Assembly: GCA_964016885.1 (NCBI GenBank)
Contig: OZ024741.1
Coordinates: 168,454,001 to 168,518,000 of the forward strand
Source of the DNA: Eledone cirrhosa
Lineage: Eukaryota
Reading direction: 5' to 3'
DNA: 64,000 nt
Positions 48,727-62,289 of the stretch are shown here, in pieces (the first letter of the stretch is position 1; every line of letters begins with the position of its first letter). Position numbers and translations under genes: made by a program. The notes below the pieces were generated by a model that was not told where the DNA came from, ran no database searches, and was given only the letters and a program-made list of their open reading frames with translations.

Positions 48727-49595
48727 TGTGGTATTGTTGAACTGTTCAATATTGTGGTATTGTTGAATAGTTCAATAATGTGGTATTGTTGAATAGTTCA
48801 ATAATGTGGTATTGTTGAACTGTTCAATAATGTGGTATTGTTGAACTGTTCAATAATGTGGTATTGTTGAATAGTTCAATAATGTGGTATTGTTGAACTG
48901 TTCAATAATGTGGTATTGTTGAACTGTTCAATAATGTGGTATTGTTGAATAGTTCAATAATGTGGTATTGTTGAATAGTTCAATAATGTGGTATTGTTGA
49001 ACTGTTCAATAATGTGGTATTGTTGAACTGTTCAATAATGTGGTATTGTTGAATAGTTCAATAATGTGGTATTGTTGAATAGTTCAATAATGTGGTATTG
49101 TTGAACTGTTCAATAATGTGGTATTGTTGAACTGTTCAATAATGTGGTATTGTTGAATAGTTCAATAATGTGGTATTGTTGAATAGTTCAATAATGTGGT
49201 ATTGTTGAACTGTTCAATAATGTGGTATTGTTGAACTGTTCAATAATGTGGTATTGTTGAACTGTTCAATATTGTGGTATTGTTGAACAGTTCAATAATG
49301 TGGTATTGTTGAACTGTTCAATTATATGGTATTGTTGATCAATTCAATAACGTGGTAGTGATGAAAAGGTCAGTAATGTGGTATTGTTGATCAGTTCAAT
49401 AATGTGGTACTGTTGAACTCTTCAATAATGTGGTATTGTTGAACTCTTCAATAATGTGGTATTGTTGAACTGTCCAATAATGTGGTATTGCTGAACTGTT
49501 CAATATTGTGGTGGTGATGAAAAGGTCAATAATGTGGTATTGTTGAACACACCAATAATGTGGTATTCTTGAACAGTTCAATACTGCAGTATTAT
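48727..49595. repeat. 26-bp palindromic minisatellite (~33 units)
   Basis: Unit tgtggtattgttgaa(ct/ta)gttcaataa. Homogeneous to ~49320, then degenerate. Confidence 0.95.
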
Positions 49596-49619
49596 TGAAT
49601 GCTCAAAAAATGGTGTATT

Positions 49620-49915
49620 ATGTTTACATTAGAGGAATCTGTGCATAAGAGAAGTCTACTTTGGCTTGAAAATGTGATGTACATGTATAATGATCGCTGG
49701 GTGAAGAAGTGCCAGCAAATGCCAGTGAAAAGAAGCTGTGGTAGAAAGGCCTGGGCAGAGGTTATGGGAGCTGACCTCAAATCACTGAGACTCACAGAGT
49801 TGATGACAAAGGATTGTGACATGTGGAGAGATGCCATGCTGAGAAGGACCTGTCCAACCCCTGCAAGCATGGAAAAGAGGATGTAAAAATAACGTTGATG
49901 GTGACGATGATGATG
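49620..49915 (+). mobile_element. RTE LINE 3' fragment
   Basis: DRWVKKCQ..ADLKSLRLTELMTKDCDMWRDAMLRRTCPTPASMEKR plus GAT tail. Confidence 0.8.
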
Positions 49916-49994
49916 ATAATTATTTGTTAATGCCTTGACACTATTACTTTTGTCTCTAGATGTTTAATTTAGTCTTTTAGTGTATTCCGTGAAA

Positions 49995-50372
49995 GTATGT
50001 GGCTTAGTGGTTAAGGTGCTGGGCAAACAACTCTTTTGTCGTATGTTTGATTCTCAGAATACTTTATTTTACATTGCTCAGGTCCATTCATCTGGGAAAA
50101 TGACACTTGCACATTAATTTCACAATTGTAAATTTATGAGTTATATTCTCAGTGGCACATTGTGTCCTTGAGCAAGGCACTTTATTTTGTGTTGCTCTAG
50201 TTCACTTTGCTGGAAAAAAGTTTCACTTCTGTCACACACTGGATCTCCCTGAAAACTACTTTAAGAGCACACTTGTGTAATGAATGCTCAAACAATTGCA
50301 CATTAATTTCATGATGAAATATCTCTGTTGTTGAAACAAGTGGAAGTCTTGTCAGCATCAATGGAGGCCCAA
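49995..50372 (+). mobile_element. SINE family B, rearranged
   Basis: tggcttagtggttaaggtgc head, tgtgtccttgagcaaggcacttt, gaaaactactttaagagcacac. Confidence 0.65.
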
Positions 50373-51429
50373 CACAAACACATACTCACATGCAGGATGT
50401 ACACAATTACCAGCTATATATCGAATTTCAAAAACATTGCTTGTTCTTAAATATGAGATTATTACATCATTAGAATTATACTTTGCTCCAATACAAGTTG
50501 TCTTCTTTTGTATAATTCTGTTTTAGCTAAATTTAGCAATTTCTCTTTCTTCATTCTTTGTTTTAAAATAGATTTTAGCCATTCAGTCGTCGCGTTAGGC
50601 AAAATATCTGTTATGTCTATGTTGGGCATCATAATTTGTTTTAAATGTAACTGAACTTTCTATTTAAAATAAACTGTTGAAAACATTTGCCCTGCATATT
50701 GAATATATAGCACCATTGGTATGGTTACTTTAAAGGTCATTGAATGTAGATAAATGATATATATATACGCTATATACACAGTGTAAAGATAGCATTTATC
50801 ATCATCATCATCAATTTTCAATTTTTTTTTGTTACATATTTTCCTCTTTTTTACAACTGAAACATTTTGACTGCCTCCCCCCCCCCTAACATTGAAATAA
50901 ATAACCGAAAAGCATACAAAAACAAGATACGTGAATTAAATTTTTATTTCTATATAGTGTAGTTTATTGGTTGTATGGGAATCTGGCAGAAGGAAGCTAT
51001 CGATTGTAGTCATTAAGAACCCTGTATACAGCTATATGCAAAAAGATACTCCTAGCCAAACTGAAATGCTAATATCACCGACGCCATTTCGTTAGCTGGG
51101 TATACATATCAACAGAATAACATCTGGTAACATTCCCCCTGTAGTTAATGAGGGGTGGAAATATATTCTTTTACTCCTTTTCTGATGTCAGTCATTAGGC
51201 TGTAGTTTGCTGGAGAACCGCCCTGAAAGGATTCTTAGTCATTGGCCCAATTACTTAATTTTCAAGTGACGTACTTATTTTATCAATCTTGTATTTTTGT
51301 TGAACTGCTAGGCTATTGGACATAAACAAAGTCACACATACACTGATATTTTCATTTTAATCCCCCCCCCCCCCCCACACACACACATACACATATATAT
51401 ATATATATATATATTCTCAAAAGCAATGG

Positions 51430-52035
51430 CGCAAGATCCAGACCTCTGGCGTTATGCAGTAATATAGAAGATCCACCTTCCCATGTGCACAGGTTGAAGA
51501 ATACATCATGTATGCACTACCTTCCTCCACCCTTTTCAATACACCTCCACATCCCCTGTCCATGTCCCTCCCCCACTTGCACCTCCCATGTCCTAACACA
51601 CCACCCACGCCTCAATACCTGACCCCTAATACAGGCCCCTAGATCTACCGCCACACCCCAGTCCCCAGCCCACAATGTAAAGTGGTTGTATAGGTAACAC
51701 AACAAAAAAGCAACCAGCCCATACTGTAAAGTGGTCATATAGGTGCCACAACAAAATGCCTCCAGCCCACACTGTAAAGTGGTTGTGTAGATGACAGGGC
51801 AAAAAGCGCCCACCTCACACTGTAAAGCATCCAGCCATAGAAACAAACCAAAACCAGTCTTATATGAGCAAGTCATGGTCATTGGACCTGGCATCACAAC
51901 CTCTCTAGTGCTAGCGCCATAATATAATGCACCCAGTAAATCTATATATAATTGGGATAACTTGTCTAACCCATGCTAGCATGGAAAATGGACGTTAAAC
52001 AGTGATGATGATGATGAGGATAATGATGAGGATGA
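51430..52035 (+). mobile_element. RTE 3' end / 3' UTR
   Basis: gacctctggcgttatgcagta, ccacactgtaaagtgg units, gctagcatggaaaatggacgttaaa..gatgatg. Confidence 0.7.
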
Positions 52036-52057
52036 AGTATCCATATATATATATATA

Positions 52058-52156
52058 CAGGGTGTCCCAAAAATTGTATACACACTTTGATCAATTGTAC
52101 AGGTAATATTTATTAGAATGTTGTTGAAGTGTGTATACATCTTTTGGGACACCCTG
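52058..52156. mobile_element. 99-bp Tc1/mariner MITE
   Basis: TA|cagggtgtcccaaaa..tgtatacacactt ... aagtgtgtataca..ttttgggacaccctg|TA. Confidence 0.88.
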
Positions 52157-52415
52157 TATATATAAAGTGAAAATGTCAATAAGAAGAAAGAGTGCTCTAT
52201 TTATAAACAGAGCTAATTTATTATGATTTGTACACATGAAAATTAATTGCAATCAAAGATTTCATAAGTGCAAGCTGTTTGCTTGCCATCTCATTGCTCG
52301 ACAATATGACTTGTAAACATAGCTTGCATTTATGCAAGATTATTAGATCATGAACATCTTGTATGCAATGAGTTTCTGTGTATGAATCAATACATACACG
52401 CACACACACATATAT

Positions 52416-52725
52416 ATCATCATCATCATCATCATTTTACGTCCGCTTTTCCCTGCTTGCAAGGGTTGGACGGGTCCTATTCAGCACAGCATCTCTCCAC
52501 TTGTCACGGTCCTTCGTCATCTCCTTGGTGAGTTTCAGCGATCTGAGGTCTGCTCTCACCACCTCCACCCATGTTTTTCGTGGTCTACCTCTACTGCGTC
52601 TTCCCTCCACTGGGACTTCCTGGCACTTCTTCACCCATCGGTCATCCTCCATGCGCATCACATGTCCATACCATCTCAGCCTTCTCTCCTGCACACCACA
52701 ACTTATCCATCTTATACCCAGTATG
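52416..52725 (-). mobile_element. RTE LINE 3' fragment, young
   Basis: QERRLRWYGHVMRMEDDRWVKKC..GRRSRGRPRKTW..TKDRDKWR, with a (GAT)n tail. Confidence 0.9.
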
Positions 52726-53043
52726 CATTGTAATGTGATACGAAGGGCATCCTGCCATAGGAAAAGATTGGGGGACTCTTCAGCTGTGTCAAAAACATTA
52801 CAACCTCCCTAATGCTTGTGCTATGATAAAACACTTCCAGTACACTCTGTAAATTGTGAATAATTAGGTAAGATCTGACCATCTGAAAGGTTAGTAGCTT
52901 TGATCAAATACTGACTTAGTCTGTGATAATTGGCCCCACCCCTGCCAACAGAGAAAATGGAGGTTAAATGATGATGATGATGATATTTATACTTCATCTG
53001 CTTTGTGATGGATAAAGAGATTTTAATATCAATCAATGCACAA

Positions 53044-53263
53044 GGGCGGTGGATTGGCAGTATTAGTAGAGTGTTGGACAACATGCTTTGTAGCATAGAG
53101 TTACAGGCCTTTATGTTCTGTGTTCAAATCATGCTGAAGTTAACTTTAACTTTCATCCTACAGGGTCGATAAAATAAAGTACCAGCAACTGACTGGGTTC
53201 GATTTCATCGACTTTCCTCTCCCTCCAAAAATTGTTAGCCTTGTGCCTAAATCAGAAACCAAT
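53044..53263 (+). mobile_element. SINE family A (long form)
   Basis: gggcggtggattggcagta head through ccttgtgcctaaatcagaaacc. Confidence 0.85.
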
Positions 53264-54346
53264 ATTAATCGATACATGGCCAATTTCACTTTGGTATAAT
53301 GGTTGTGCAGCTGTGTGAGTTTGAATCCTGCAGGTGATACTATCCACGTTTTCAATCACTATGGGCTTATATGCCCAACTTCTTCAACTGCTTTCAGTGT
53401 GGTGGATGGGCAGAATTGGTAGAGCATCAGATGAAATTCTATTATGGTTCTTGTTATGGCTCTTGTTATGGCTCTTTACATTCTGAGTTCAAATGCAACC
53501 ATCTAATGATGTTTGCCCTTTTAAAAATATGCTGGCCTTGTGCTTAAATTAAAAACCAATATCAATTGATGGGGATTCGTTGTGACACAACTTTGGCAAA
53601 AAATAAAAAAAGTTATTTTTAGATTTGTTTATTTTTTAGCCAGTGAAGAAGTTATAAAAGTTTAGAATCTCTTTATTTTGGTATTACATTAAATGTCTAC
53701 TCGTCAACGAAACTTGAAACGTACTTTATGTTCTTATTTAATTTATTTTCCGCCAATCTTTTTGGAATGTCTAAGATCTTTCATACAACACTCTCTCTCT
53801 CGTTAATCATTCACATTACCCTTGCATCTATCTTTTACATGTTTTCTTATATAAATATCTTTTGTATCAGTTTATTATTATTATTATTTTTCTTTTTTGG
53901 AAGATAACTCAAAGAAAAACAGCAGAAAACCCACAATGTTTTCACAATATTCTATCAGATATTCCAAGTTTTCAGATATTTTCTAAAACTATCTCTGACA
54001 CCTGATTACATAACATATACAAAGAAAGACGCTGCGTGCAGTTCAAGCATTTTTTTAGACAGTATTAACTGTATTAAGTGAAATGACAGACGGATCTATT
54101 CAATATATTGGTGTACTGGCTTGTTTGTGTGTGTGTGTATGTGTTTATATATATATTGGAGTATTTATTTTTGTGTATGTTTATATATCAACATCATCAT
54201 CATCACCATTTAGCGTCCATATATATATATTAGTATATTAGTAAACTTGTGTGCATGTGTGTTTATATATATGTATGTATATGCTTGTGTGCTTATATAC
54301 ATGTATGTACTTATTTGTGTGTGTGGATATGTGTGTTTATATATAT

Positions 54347-55060
54347 TGGTGTATTTGTTTGTGTGTCTGTTTATATATATTAGTGTATTTATTTGTGTGT
54401 CTGTTTATATATATTAGTGTATTTGTTTGTGTGTCTGTTTATATATATTAGTGTATTTGTTTGTGTGCCTGTTTATATATATTAGTGCATTTATTTGTGT
54501 GTCTGTTTATATATATTAGTGCATTTATTTGTGTGTCTGTTTATATATATTAGTGCATTTGTTTGTGTGTCTGTTTATATATATTAGTGCATTTGTTTGT
54601 GTGTCTGTTTATATATATTAGTGCATTTATTTGTGTGTCTGTTTATATATATTAGTGTGTTTGTTTGTGTGTCTGTTTATATATATTAGTGTATTTGTTT
54701 GTGTCACTGTTTATATATATTAGTGTATTTGTTTGTGTGTCTGTTTATATATATTAGTGTATTTGTTTGTGTGTCTGTTTATATATATTAGTGTATTTGT
54801 TTGTGTGTCTGTTTATATATACTAGTCCATTTATTTGTGTGTCTGTTTATATATATTAGTGCATTTATTTGTGTGTCTGTTTATATATATTAGTGCATTT
54901 GTTTGTGTGTCTGTTTATATATATTAGTGCATTTGTTTGTGTGACTGTTTATATATATTAGTGCATTTTTTTGTGTGTCTGTTTATATATATTAGTGTAT
55001 TTGTTTGTGTGTCTGTTTATATATATTAGTCTATTTGTTTGTGTGTCTGTTTATATATAT
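54347..55060. repeat. 34-bp minisatellite (~21 units)
   Basis: Unit tagtg(t/c)attt(g/a)tttgtgtgtctgtttatatatat. Confidence 0.95.
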
Positions 55061-55123
55061 TGTTTTTTTTTGTAAGTACTTATTTGTACATGTATGTGTG
55101 CAGGGGTGGAGTGGTGGTGTAGC

Positions 55124-55247
<124 letters not shown>

Positions 55248-55248
55248 G

Positions 55249-55390
55249 AAGGCACATGGCTTAGTGGTTAGAGCATTGGCCTTGCAATCGAAAGGTTGTG
55301 AGTTCAATTCTCAGACCAGGTGATGTGTTGTTTCCTTGAGCAAGACACTTTATTTCACATTGCTCCAGTTTATTCAGCTGTAGAAATGAG
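55249..55390 (+). mobile_element. SINE family B
   Basis: A-box tggcttagtggttag, B-box gagttcaattct, then ccttgagcaagacactt. Confidence 0.8.
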
Positions 55391-55404
55391 ACTGGGGTCC
55401 CTAT

Positions 55405-55573
55405 CATTCCACTGAAAAGTGGTCGTGGAGGTGCCATGGCAAAAAAGCACCCAGCACTCACTGTAAATGAGGTTGGTGTTAGGAAGGGCATCCAGCTGTA
55501 GAAATCTAGCCAGAATCAGTTCCCGTCCCACCCTTGCAACCAGGGAAAAGCGGACGTAAAATGATGATGATGA
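55405..55573 (+). mobile_element. RTE 3' UTR / terminus fragment
   Basis: ttaggaagggcatccagctgtagaaa..cccttgcaaccagggaaaagcggacgtaaaatgatgatg. Confidence 0.75.
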
Positions 55574-55799
55574 TATATATATATATATGAGTATGAATGC
55601 ACTAACTGTTGATAGATGTGTGCCTGTGTGCATGTTCATATGTGTGTCTGTGGGATTATGTGTGTACTTGTGTGTGTCTGTTGACACTTATAATAGGTCT
55701 AGATAGATGTGATTATGAGTATGTTTGCGTCTATTTGTGTGTGCATATCTGTGTGAATGTGTGCACATGAGTGTTTGTATGTAGGTGTGTGTCTGTGAG

Positions 55800-56620
55800 T
55801 TTGTGTGTATGTGTATCGGTGTGTATGTTATCTGCACATGTGTGTGTTTGTGTGTATGTTATCTGCACGTGTGTGTGTATGTGTGTATGTGTATCAGTGT
55901 GTATGTTATCTGCACATGCGTGTGTTTGTGTGTATGTTATCTGCACGTGTGTGTGTATGTGTGTATGTGTATCGGTGTGTATGTTATCTGCACGTGTGTG
56001 TGTTTGTGTGTATGTGTATCGGTGTGTATGTTATCTGCACGTGTGTGTGTTTGTGTGTATGTGTATCAGTGTGTATGTTATCTGCACATGTGTGTGTTTG
56101 TGTGTATGTGTATCGGTGTGTATGTTATCTGCATATGTGTGTGTTTGTGTGTATGTGTATCAGTGTGTATGTTATCTGCACATGTGTGTGTTTGTGTGTA
56201 TGTGTATCGGTGTGTATGTTATCTGCATGTGTGTGTGTTTGTGTGTATGTGTATCAGTGTGTATGTTATCTGCGCATGTGTGTGTATGTGTGTATGTGTA
56301 TTGGTGTGTATGTTATCTGCACATGTGTGTGTATGTGTGTATGTGTATCAGTGTGTATGTTATCTGCACATGTGTGTGTTTGTGTGTATGTGTATCGGTG
56401 TGTATGTTATCTGCACATGTTTGTGTGTATGTGTATCGGTGTGTATGTTATCTGCACGTGTGTGTGTTTGTGTGTATGTGTATCGGTGTGTATGTTATCT
56501 GCACATGTGTGTGTTTGTGTGTATGTGTATCGGTGTGTATGTTATCTGCACATGTGTGTGTTTGTGTGTATGTGTATCGGTGTGTATGTTATCTGCACAT
56601 GTGAGTGTTTGTGTGTATGC
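55800..56620. repeat. 47-bp TG-rich minisatellite (~17 units)
   Basis: Unit gtgtgtatgttatctgcac(a/g)tgtgtgtgtttgtgtgtatgtgtatc(g/a). The long C/V ORFs in all three frames are artefacts. Confidence 0.93.
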
Positions 56621-58018
56621 ACTGACTGACCATTGATAGAAATATATAAGATGAAGAAGATAGATGTGATGATGTGTGTGTCTATGTGTGTGTTTGTGAA
56701 GAATGTTTATATGTGTGTGCACTATTGATTAACAGTTTTCTATGCCTTTATTCTTTCATTGATTTCATTCATTTAACTGCAGCCCAGCTGGAGCACTGCC
56801 TTAAACTGTATTGAAGTTATCTTTTTATTCCCCTATTCTTTCACCTTTTTTAATAATTAAACTCTGGCCATGCTGGGGCACTGCCTTAACATTTGTTGAA
56901 ATTTCCCTTTTTCTTTTATTCTTTCATTGGTTTTAAGTTGTGACTGCAGCCATGTTGCAGCATACTGCTTCTAGCTGCTCAAATTAACTCAAATCTAACT
57001 ATGGTAGAAGACACTCCAGATTCTACACAGAGGAATTGAAGTGAGGACATCTTCATTCTTAACCTTATGGCCATGCATGTCTCATTGAACCCATCACCAA
57101 GGAGGGAGGGGCATTGGATAAGATTGAGCCCCTCCCATCCCTAATGGGGCACTGTTGGATTTAGAAAATTAAATTTATAAAAAAACATCCTGAAATACGT
57201 TCGTGTGAAAAAACGGCCATCCACAATGTTCTAAATCATCCGTGAACACTGGTAATGAGCCTGTTTCTCATGCAAATGCCTATGAAATCCCTTACATGTG
57301 TGTGTGAGTGAGTGTGTGTGTGTTAGACATCTATTAGTTGCAATTGTCCCTGTTATTCGATCAACAGTTCAGCTTGCAAAGGAAATTAATATGCCAATCA
57401 CCTATCATTCCAAAGACACATGTACACTAATCCTAATCCTCAAGAAGCTTTAACATGACATAGTCTATGACAAGGCTGGCCCTTTGAAACATGGTAAAAC
57501 TCATTTTTTGTAGAAGAGCAAACTGTACAAATTTATCAATTATTTCATTATTAATAGTATCTATAACAAATGGTTCATAAATAAAATTCTTTTGGAAGAT
57601 TTTGATTTAAATAGAAACACTTTGGATTGTTTTGTTTCATAGAACCAGCGGCAGTTTTGGAAGGGATGGTATGAAAAGGGTAAATAAATGTTCATTCTTA
57701 CTATGATTCCAGAGTTTGGGGATAACCTGTAGATTGAAATGTAAAGAAAAAAACAAAGTGTTAGAGCAAGCAATGAATTTACAAATTAATGTATCCTGAT
57801 TTTAGTGAAAAATATTTTCTTTTACTCAGCACAAAGACAGTGTTTAGGTGCTTTTCTCAATGTAATACATCATCTATTTTATAAATATTTGTATTATCAA
57901 GATGACATTCTTGAAACATTATAGATATGCCAGAAAAGAAAAAGCAGTGAGTTATCAAAGCATTTAGTTTGTGCGTATGTGTAGGCCTCTGGGTACTATC
58001 TGTCATTATCTTCACTCA

Positions 58019-58204
58019 GCGGTAGATTGGCAGTATCGGTAGAGGGTCGGAAATCCTTTCCAGCATAGTTATGTCCCTTTATAATGTGAGTTCAAATCTC
58101 ACCGAGGTTAACTTTGCCTTTCATCCTTACGGGGGTCGATAAAATAAAGTACCAGTAATGTACTGGGTAATTGCTGGCCTTGTGCAAAATGTAGAAACAA
58201 TTAT
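58019..58204 (+). mobile_element. SINE family A with 16-bp imperfect TSD
   Basis: attatcttcactcagc before and attatgttcaatcagc after. Confidence 0.9.
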
Positions 58205-58490
58205 GTTCAATCAGCAGTTCCTAGCTTGAATATGTATTACTTATATAGTAATGCAGTATGTAGGTGGGCCTGCAGATGCTGTAGACACTCAGTAGTTCTT
58301 GATTTGATTTTGTGTTACTCCTGTAATAATGATTTCACCAGTTTCAATGTGTTTTCATGTCATTTGATGGTAAAGAAACCACTGGAGTTTATTTTTTTAT
58401 TTGTAATGTATGTAGGACATGTCAGTCAAAGGCTGTTATGGTTGTGCATTCAAGTAATTCACTTGAAATACATGTGGTTTCAGGTTTTAA

Positions 58491-58711
58491 CCCTTTGACA
58501 TTTACATTATTCTATATATACTATTGTATTTTCATGGTAAACACTTTATTTCACATAATTATCTCACATATTATCGAATCTATGAGATTTTGATATTATT
58601 TATTTTGAGAACAATGCTTTAACATCAGTATGAGCAGCCAGCTATGGCTGGTTTGAACAGAAAGAGGTGAGAGAATTCTGACCAGATACAGCTGGTTTAA
58701 ATGCTAAAGAA
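58491..58711. mobile_element. TTAA-flanked MITE (piggyBac-like)
   Basis: TTAA|ccctttgacattta ... taaatgctaaagaa|TTAA. Confidence 0.65.
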
Positions 58712-59004
58712 TTAATCCTAAGCATAACACTTTAAGCAAGGGTCCTTCCTATAATAGCAGAAGATTGACTAAACATTTCCAGAAAGAAAGTATGGAAGCC
58801 CCTTCAGGGGAATTGTTTCTTTTCCTCTGTGGTAGAATTAATCTGCCTGATTTAAACACGATCACCTATCCTTTGGATGACTTTGGCAGTGATCAGTCTA
58901 TTGCAACCAGTTGAGCCAGACCTTTAATCCTACTTTCCTCCCATCAGTCCTAGAGGCTCTGATATGGGTCATGGGTGCTCCCATTTTTGCTGATTAAACC
59001 ATAA

Positions 59005-59205
59005 AATAATGGTTTCTTATATAGGCACAAGGCCAGCAATTTTGGGGGAGGGGAAAGTCGATTAATTCAACCCCAGTATGTGACTGGTATTTTATTTTAT
59101 CGACCCCGTAAGGATGATAGGCAAAGTTAACCTTGGCGGGATTTGAACTCAGATCATAAAGAGCCATAACTCTATGCTACAAGGCATGGCACCCGACCCA
59201 CTACC
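59005..59205 (-). mobile_element. SINE family A (long form) with 12-bp TSD
   Basis: ccataaaataat at 58999-59010 and 59209-59220. Confidence 0.9.
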
Positions 59206-59654
59206 TACCCATAAAATAATGTTGCCTGCTCCTCCTTAAGCATTGCCTATGTAAGCATTCAAAATACATATTTTAACTCTTAAGAGCCTGTAGTGATTTA
59301 GTAGAAAATATCTAAAAACAGCTTTATTTATTCAAATGTTCATAGTATTCATAGTATTTTTACTACTGGACAAATTGTTCTTAAAATTTTAAATATTTAA
59401 TATAATGCTGTCGTAGTGCAGTTTTGCACTTTTCAAGAATGTCTTGTTAATGTGGTTGCATGTGGTTTGTTAATTCAAATGTGTATAGTATCTTTATAGT
59501 GGACAGATTATTGTAAAAATTTGCATTAAACAAAAGATATAGTGCTGTTTTGTATTATTCAAGAATGTCTTGCTACTGTACTGCCATGCAGTACAGGACG
59601 TTCAGTGTTATTCTATGATATACATATATGGCACATCTGTCATTATTATTTTGA

Positions 59655-59715
59655 ATAAAGTACCAGTAATGCACTGGGTATTTGCTGGCCTTGTGCCAAA
59701 AGTAGAAACAATTAT
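59655..59715 (+). mobile_element. SINE family A 3' fragment with TSD
   Basis: attattttgaat flanks both sides. Confidence 0.85.
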
Positions 59716-60955
59716 TTTGAATGGCAGCAATCAATGTTAATTATTCACAACTAGGAGATTGGTTGAGTAGGGAGGGATGGGAGGATGTTTGAAGAGGGGT
59801 AAGATAATCAATTATGGATCAATGCAGCACCGTTAGCAAGTTACATATGACGTGATTTAAATCAACAGTCAAAAACATCCTAATGGCTGAACCTATCATG
59901 GCATTCAAATAACGTCAATGAAAATGGTTGATTAAATCCTTGATATTTAATTAGTATTTAATTCATCGTCACGGAAACTGGCTTTCTGTCAACCAACGTG
60001 ATTCAGTGAGTGCACAAGATCATTGCTATGGAAACTAATACTGTCTAAACCAAAATTATTTTTACTTTGATTTAATGATTTATAGAACTTTTGATAATTA
60101 AATATGATTATAGAATATAATTGTCATGTTAAAATTAATTAGGAATTTATTTTAATTTGCATATTATTTTCAGTGTTTGTGTTAAACCACATTTTCATTT
60201 TCATTCACTGCTATATATATGCATATATGTATGTAAATGTGTGTGTGTGAGAGTGTGTATATATACTTATAGTTAGTACACATTTGTGCATGAACCTATA
60301 CTAATTGAGTCAGATCTGCAGTTCATTTAACACATGTGCTATTATTATGCATTACTATATTATTTTTAATAGTTTATATATAACAGTTTTATGGGATATT
60401 TTTTCTCTTCATTCAATCTGTTAGAAATAGCAACCAAGAAAATAAAGGACCAAGTAAGATTGGACCAGGGAATCAATGTTTCAATTAGTCTTTCCATTAC
60501 TGATCACAATTCTTGACAGAAGGAGCAAGTCAAATAAAGTATTTGGTCAAAATCAGTGTGCTTCTATGAAATAAAAATATATTTTACTATCTTAGTAATG
60601 GAATAAATCATAACTTTAGTAAATCCTTCAAAATTGTGCATTTATTAACTGAAACAGAGTGTATTTCATTAAAAATATGGTCATGAATGGGTTTAGAAAA
60701 GTACACATTGAAATTCTATATTGCCTTTTACTTGCATTGTTTTCCTTTCAGTAAATAAGTTGAGAAATGTGAACAGTTTACAGTGACAAGCTGCCAGCAA
60801 TGAATAGAATTTGCCAAGATTTTGGAGATTCTCCATAAATGATGCCAGGTTGAAATTAGTGAATATGTGTATATGACAGTTGTTAAAGGAAATAAATGTA
60901 TATTTTCTGCTCGGTGTATTTATTTAAATATATTTAAACTTTATATGTATGAGTG

Positions 60956-61027
<72 letters not shown>

Positions 61028-61450
61028 TAAAAGAAAAAACAAAAACAATAACGAAGAGTGTAGTTCAAAGTATTAGTATTAAGTTCACGCTTGAGAGTTG
61101 GGGGTGGGGGACTATATATATGTATATTTATATTTATATATATAATGGTGGTACCACTAAGATGACATTTAAGCATAAAGGAGGTATATATAAAGACATA
61201 TTTAAATATACATTATACGTTTATATACAATAAACATATGGGTAGCCTTGCTGCTGAAGAAAAATATTTTTTCCTGACGAAAAAATTTATTTTTCTCTAT
61301 TTTCCTTTGTGAATGTATCACAGTGTTGCCAGTACATTCTCAGAATGTCAGACAGCACTGTTTCAAGATTTGTTAATCTTTCATCAGTGACACTCAAGCC
61401 ATACTGACAAGGAAATAGATTAGAGTTTTTATAAAATGTTGTGTTATAGT

Positions 61451-61485
<35 letters not shown>

Positions 61486-62289
61486 ATGTATATATATATG
61501 TATGTCAGCTGATGCACATGGGATGCTTTTTCTTCTACATTTATGTACATTATTCAATCTGGAGCTATAATAAAAGACACTTACCCATGGTGCAATGGTG
61601 TAGGACTGAAACAGAACTACGTGGTTACAAAGCAAACTCCTTAACCATAGTCATGTTATTCCTGTCACTTAAGTAAGTTTGTAAGCATTTTACTAAAGTG
61701 AGAAAGCATGCCTAGCTACATGAAATTTGACAGTAATCTGATAGTTTTGGTAACAATTTGCTTAGAAATTATTATTCAGTGTGAATATGATTATCATATC
61801 ATAGTCTTGAGACTGTAATCTTAGAGAGATGACTAAGTGCAGCTGAAAACTAACAATCTAAATATATGAAGCAACATTTCATGTGTAGTGCAGGGAATTA
61901 GTGAAGGCAATTGACTCAGTGGTCATGGCAGTAGTTCTCAGAAAAATTTTATTCACAGTATACTTTAGAAAAGGTAAAAATATTTTGGTGCATTTTGTAC
62001 CTGAATTGGAAAATTTATTCAAAAGAAGTATTTACACATACTGTAGAACTTACAGATATTTATAAATACAGAAAAATTAGTTGTACTTCCTTCATTAGCC
62101 AATAAATGGAGCTAAATTATCAATGAGAACCATAAGCTTGGTGTTTTTTGGTAGTTTTCATTCTTAGTTTATTTGTTTCCAGCTTTGAGTTATATATGAA
62201 CTATATTACAAATATTAAATTGTATTTTCCACGTTTTAAATTAGATTTTTGTTGGATCTTGGAATAGTGTGAAGATGGAAGATGTGTAA

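Noticed and set aside
48727-49595. CRISPR-like array of palindromic 26-bp repeats
   Set aside because: The units are contiguous with no unique spacers, there are no cas genes, and the context is eukaryotic. It is a minisatellite.
55771-56636. ~280-aa Cys/Val-rich ORFs in three frames
   Set aside because: They are translations of a 47-bp TG-rich minisatellite that lacks stop codons.
57631-57686. Possible 37-nt micro-exon (tttcatag|AACCAG..AAAAGG|gtaaat; NQRQFWKGWYEK)
   Set aside because: The splice signals are plausible but there is no recognisable homology or neighbouring exon. RNA-seq would be needed.
61287-61430. Protein-like minus-strand stretch LSVTDERLTNLETVLSDILRMYWQHC
   Set aside because: It has no recognisable domain or splice acceptor, and the ORF begins in a SINE/microsatellite.
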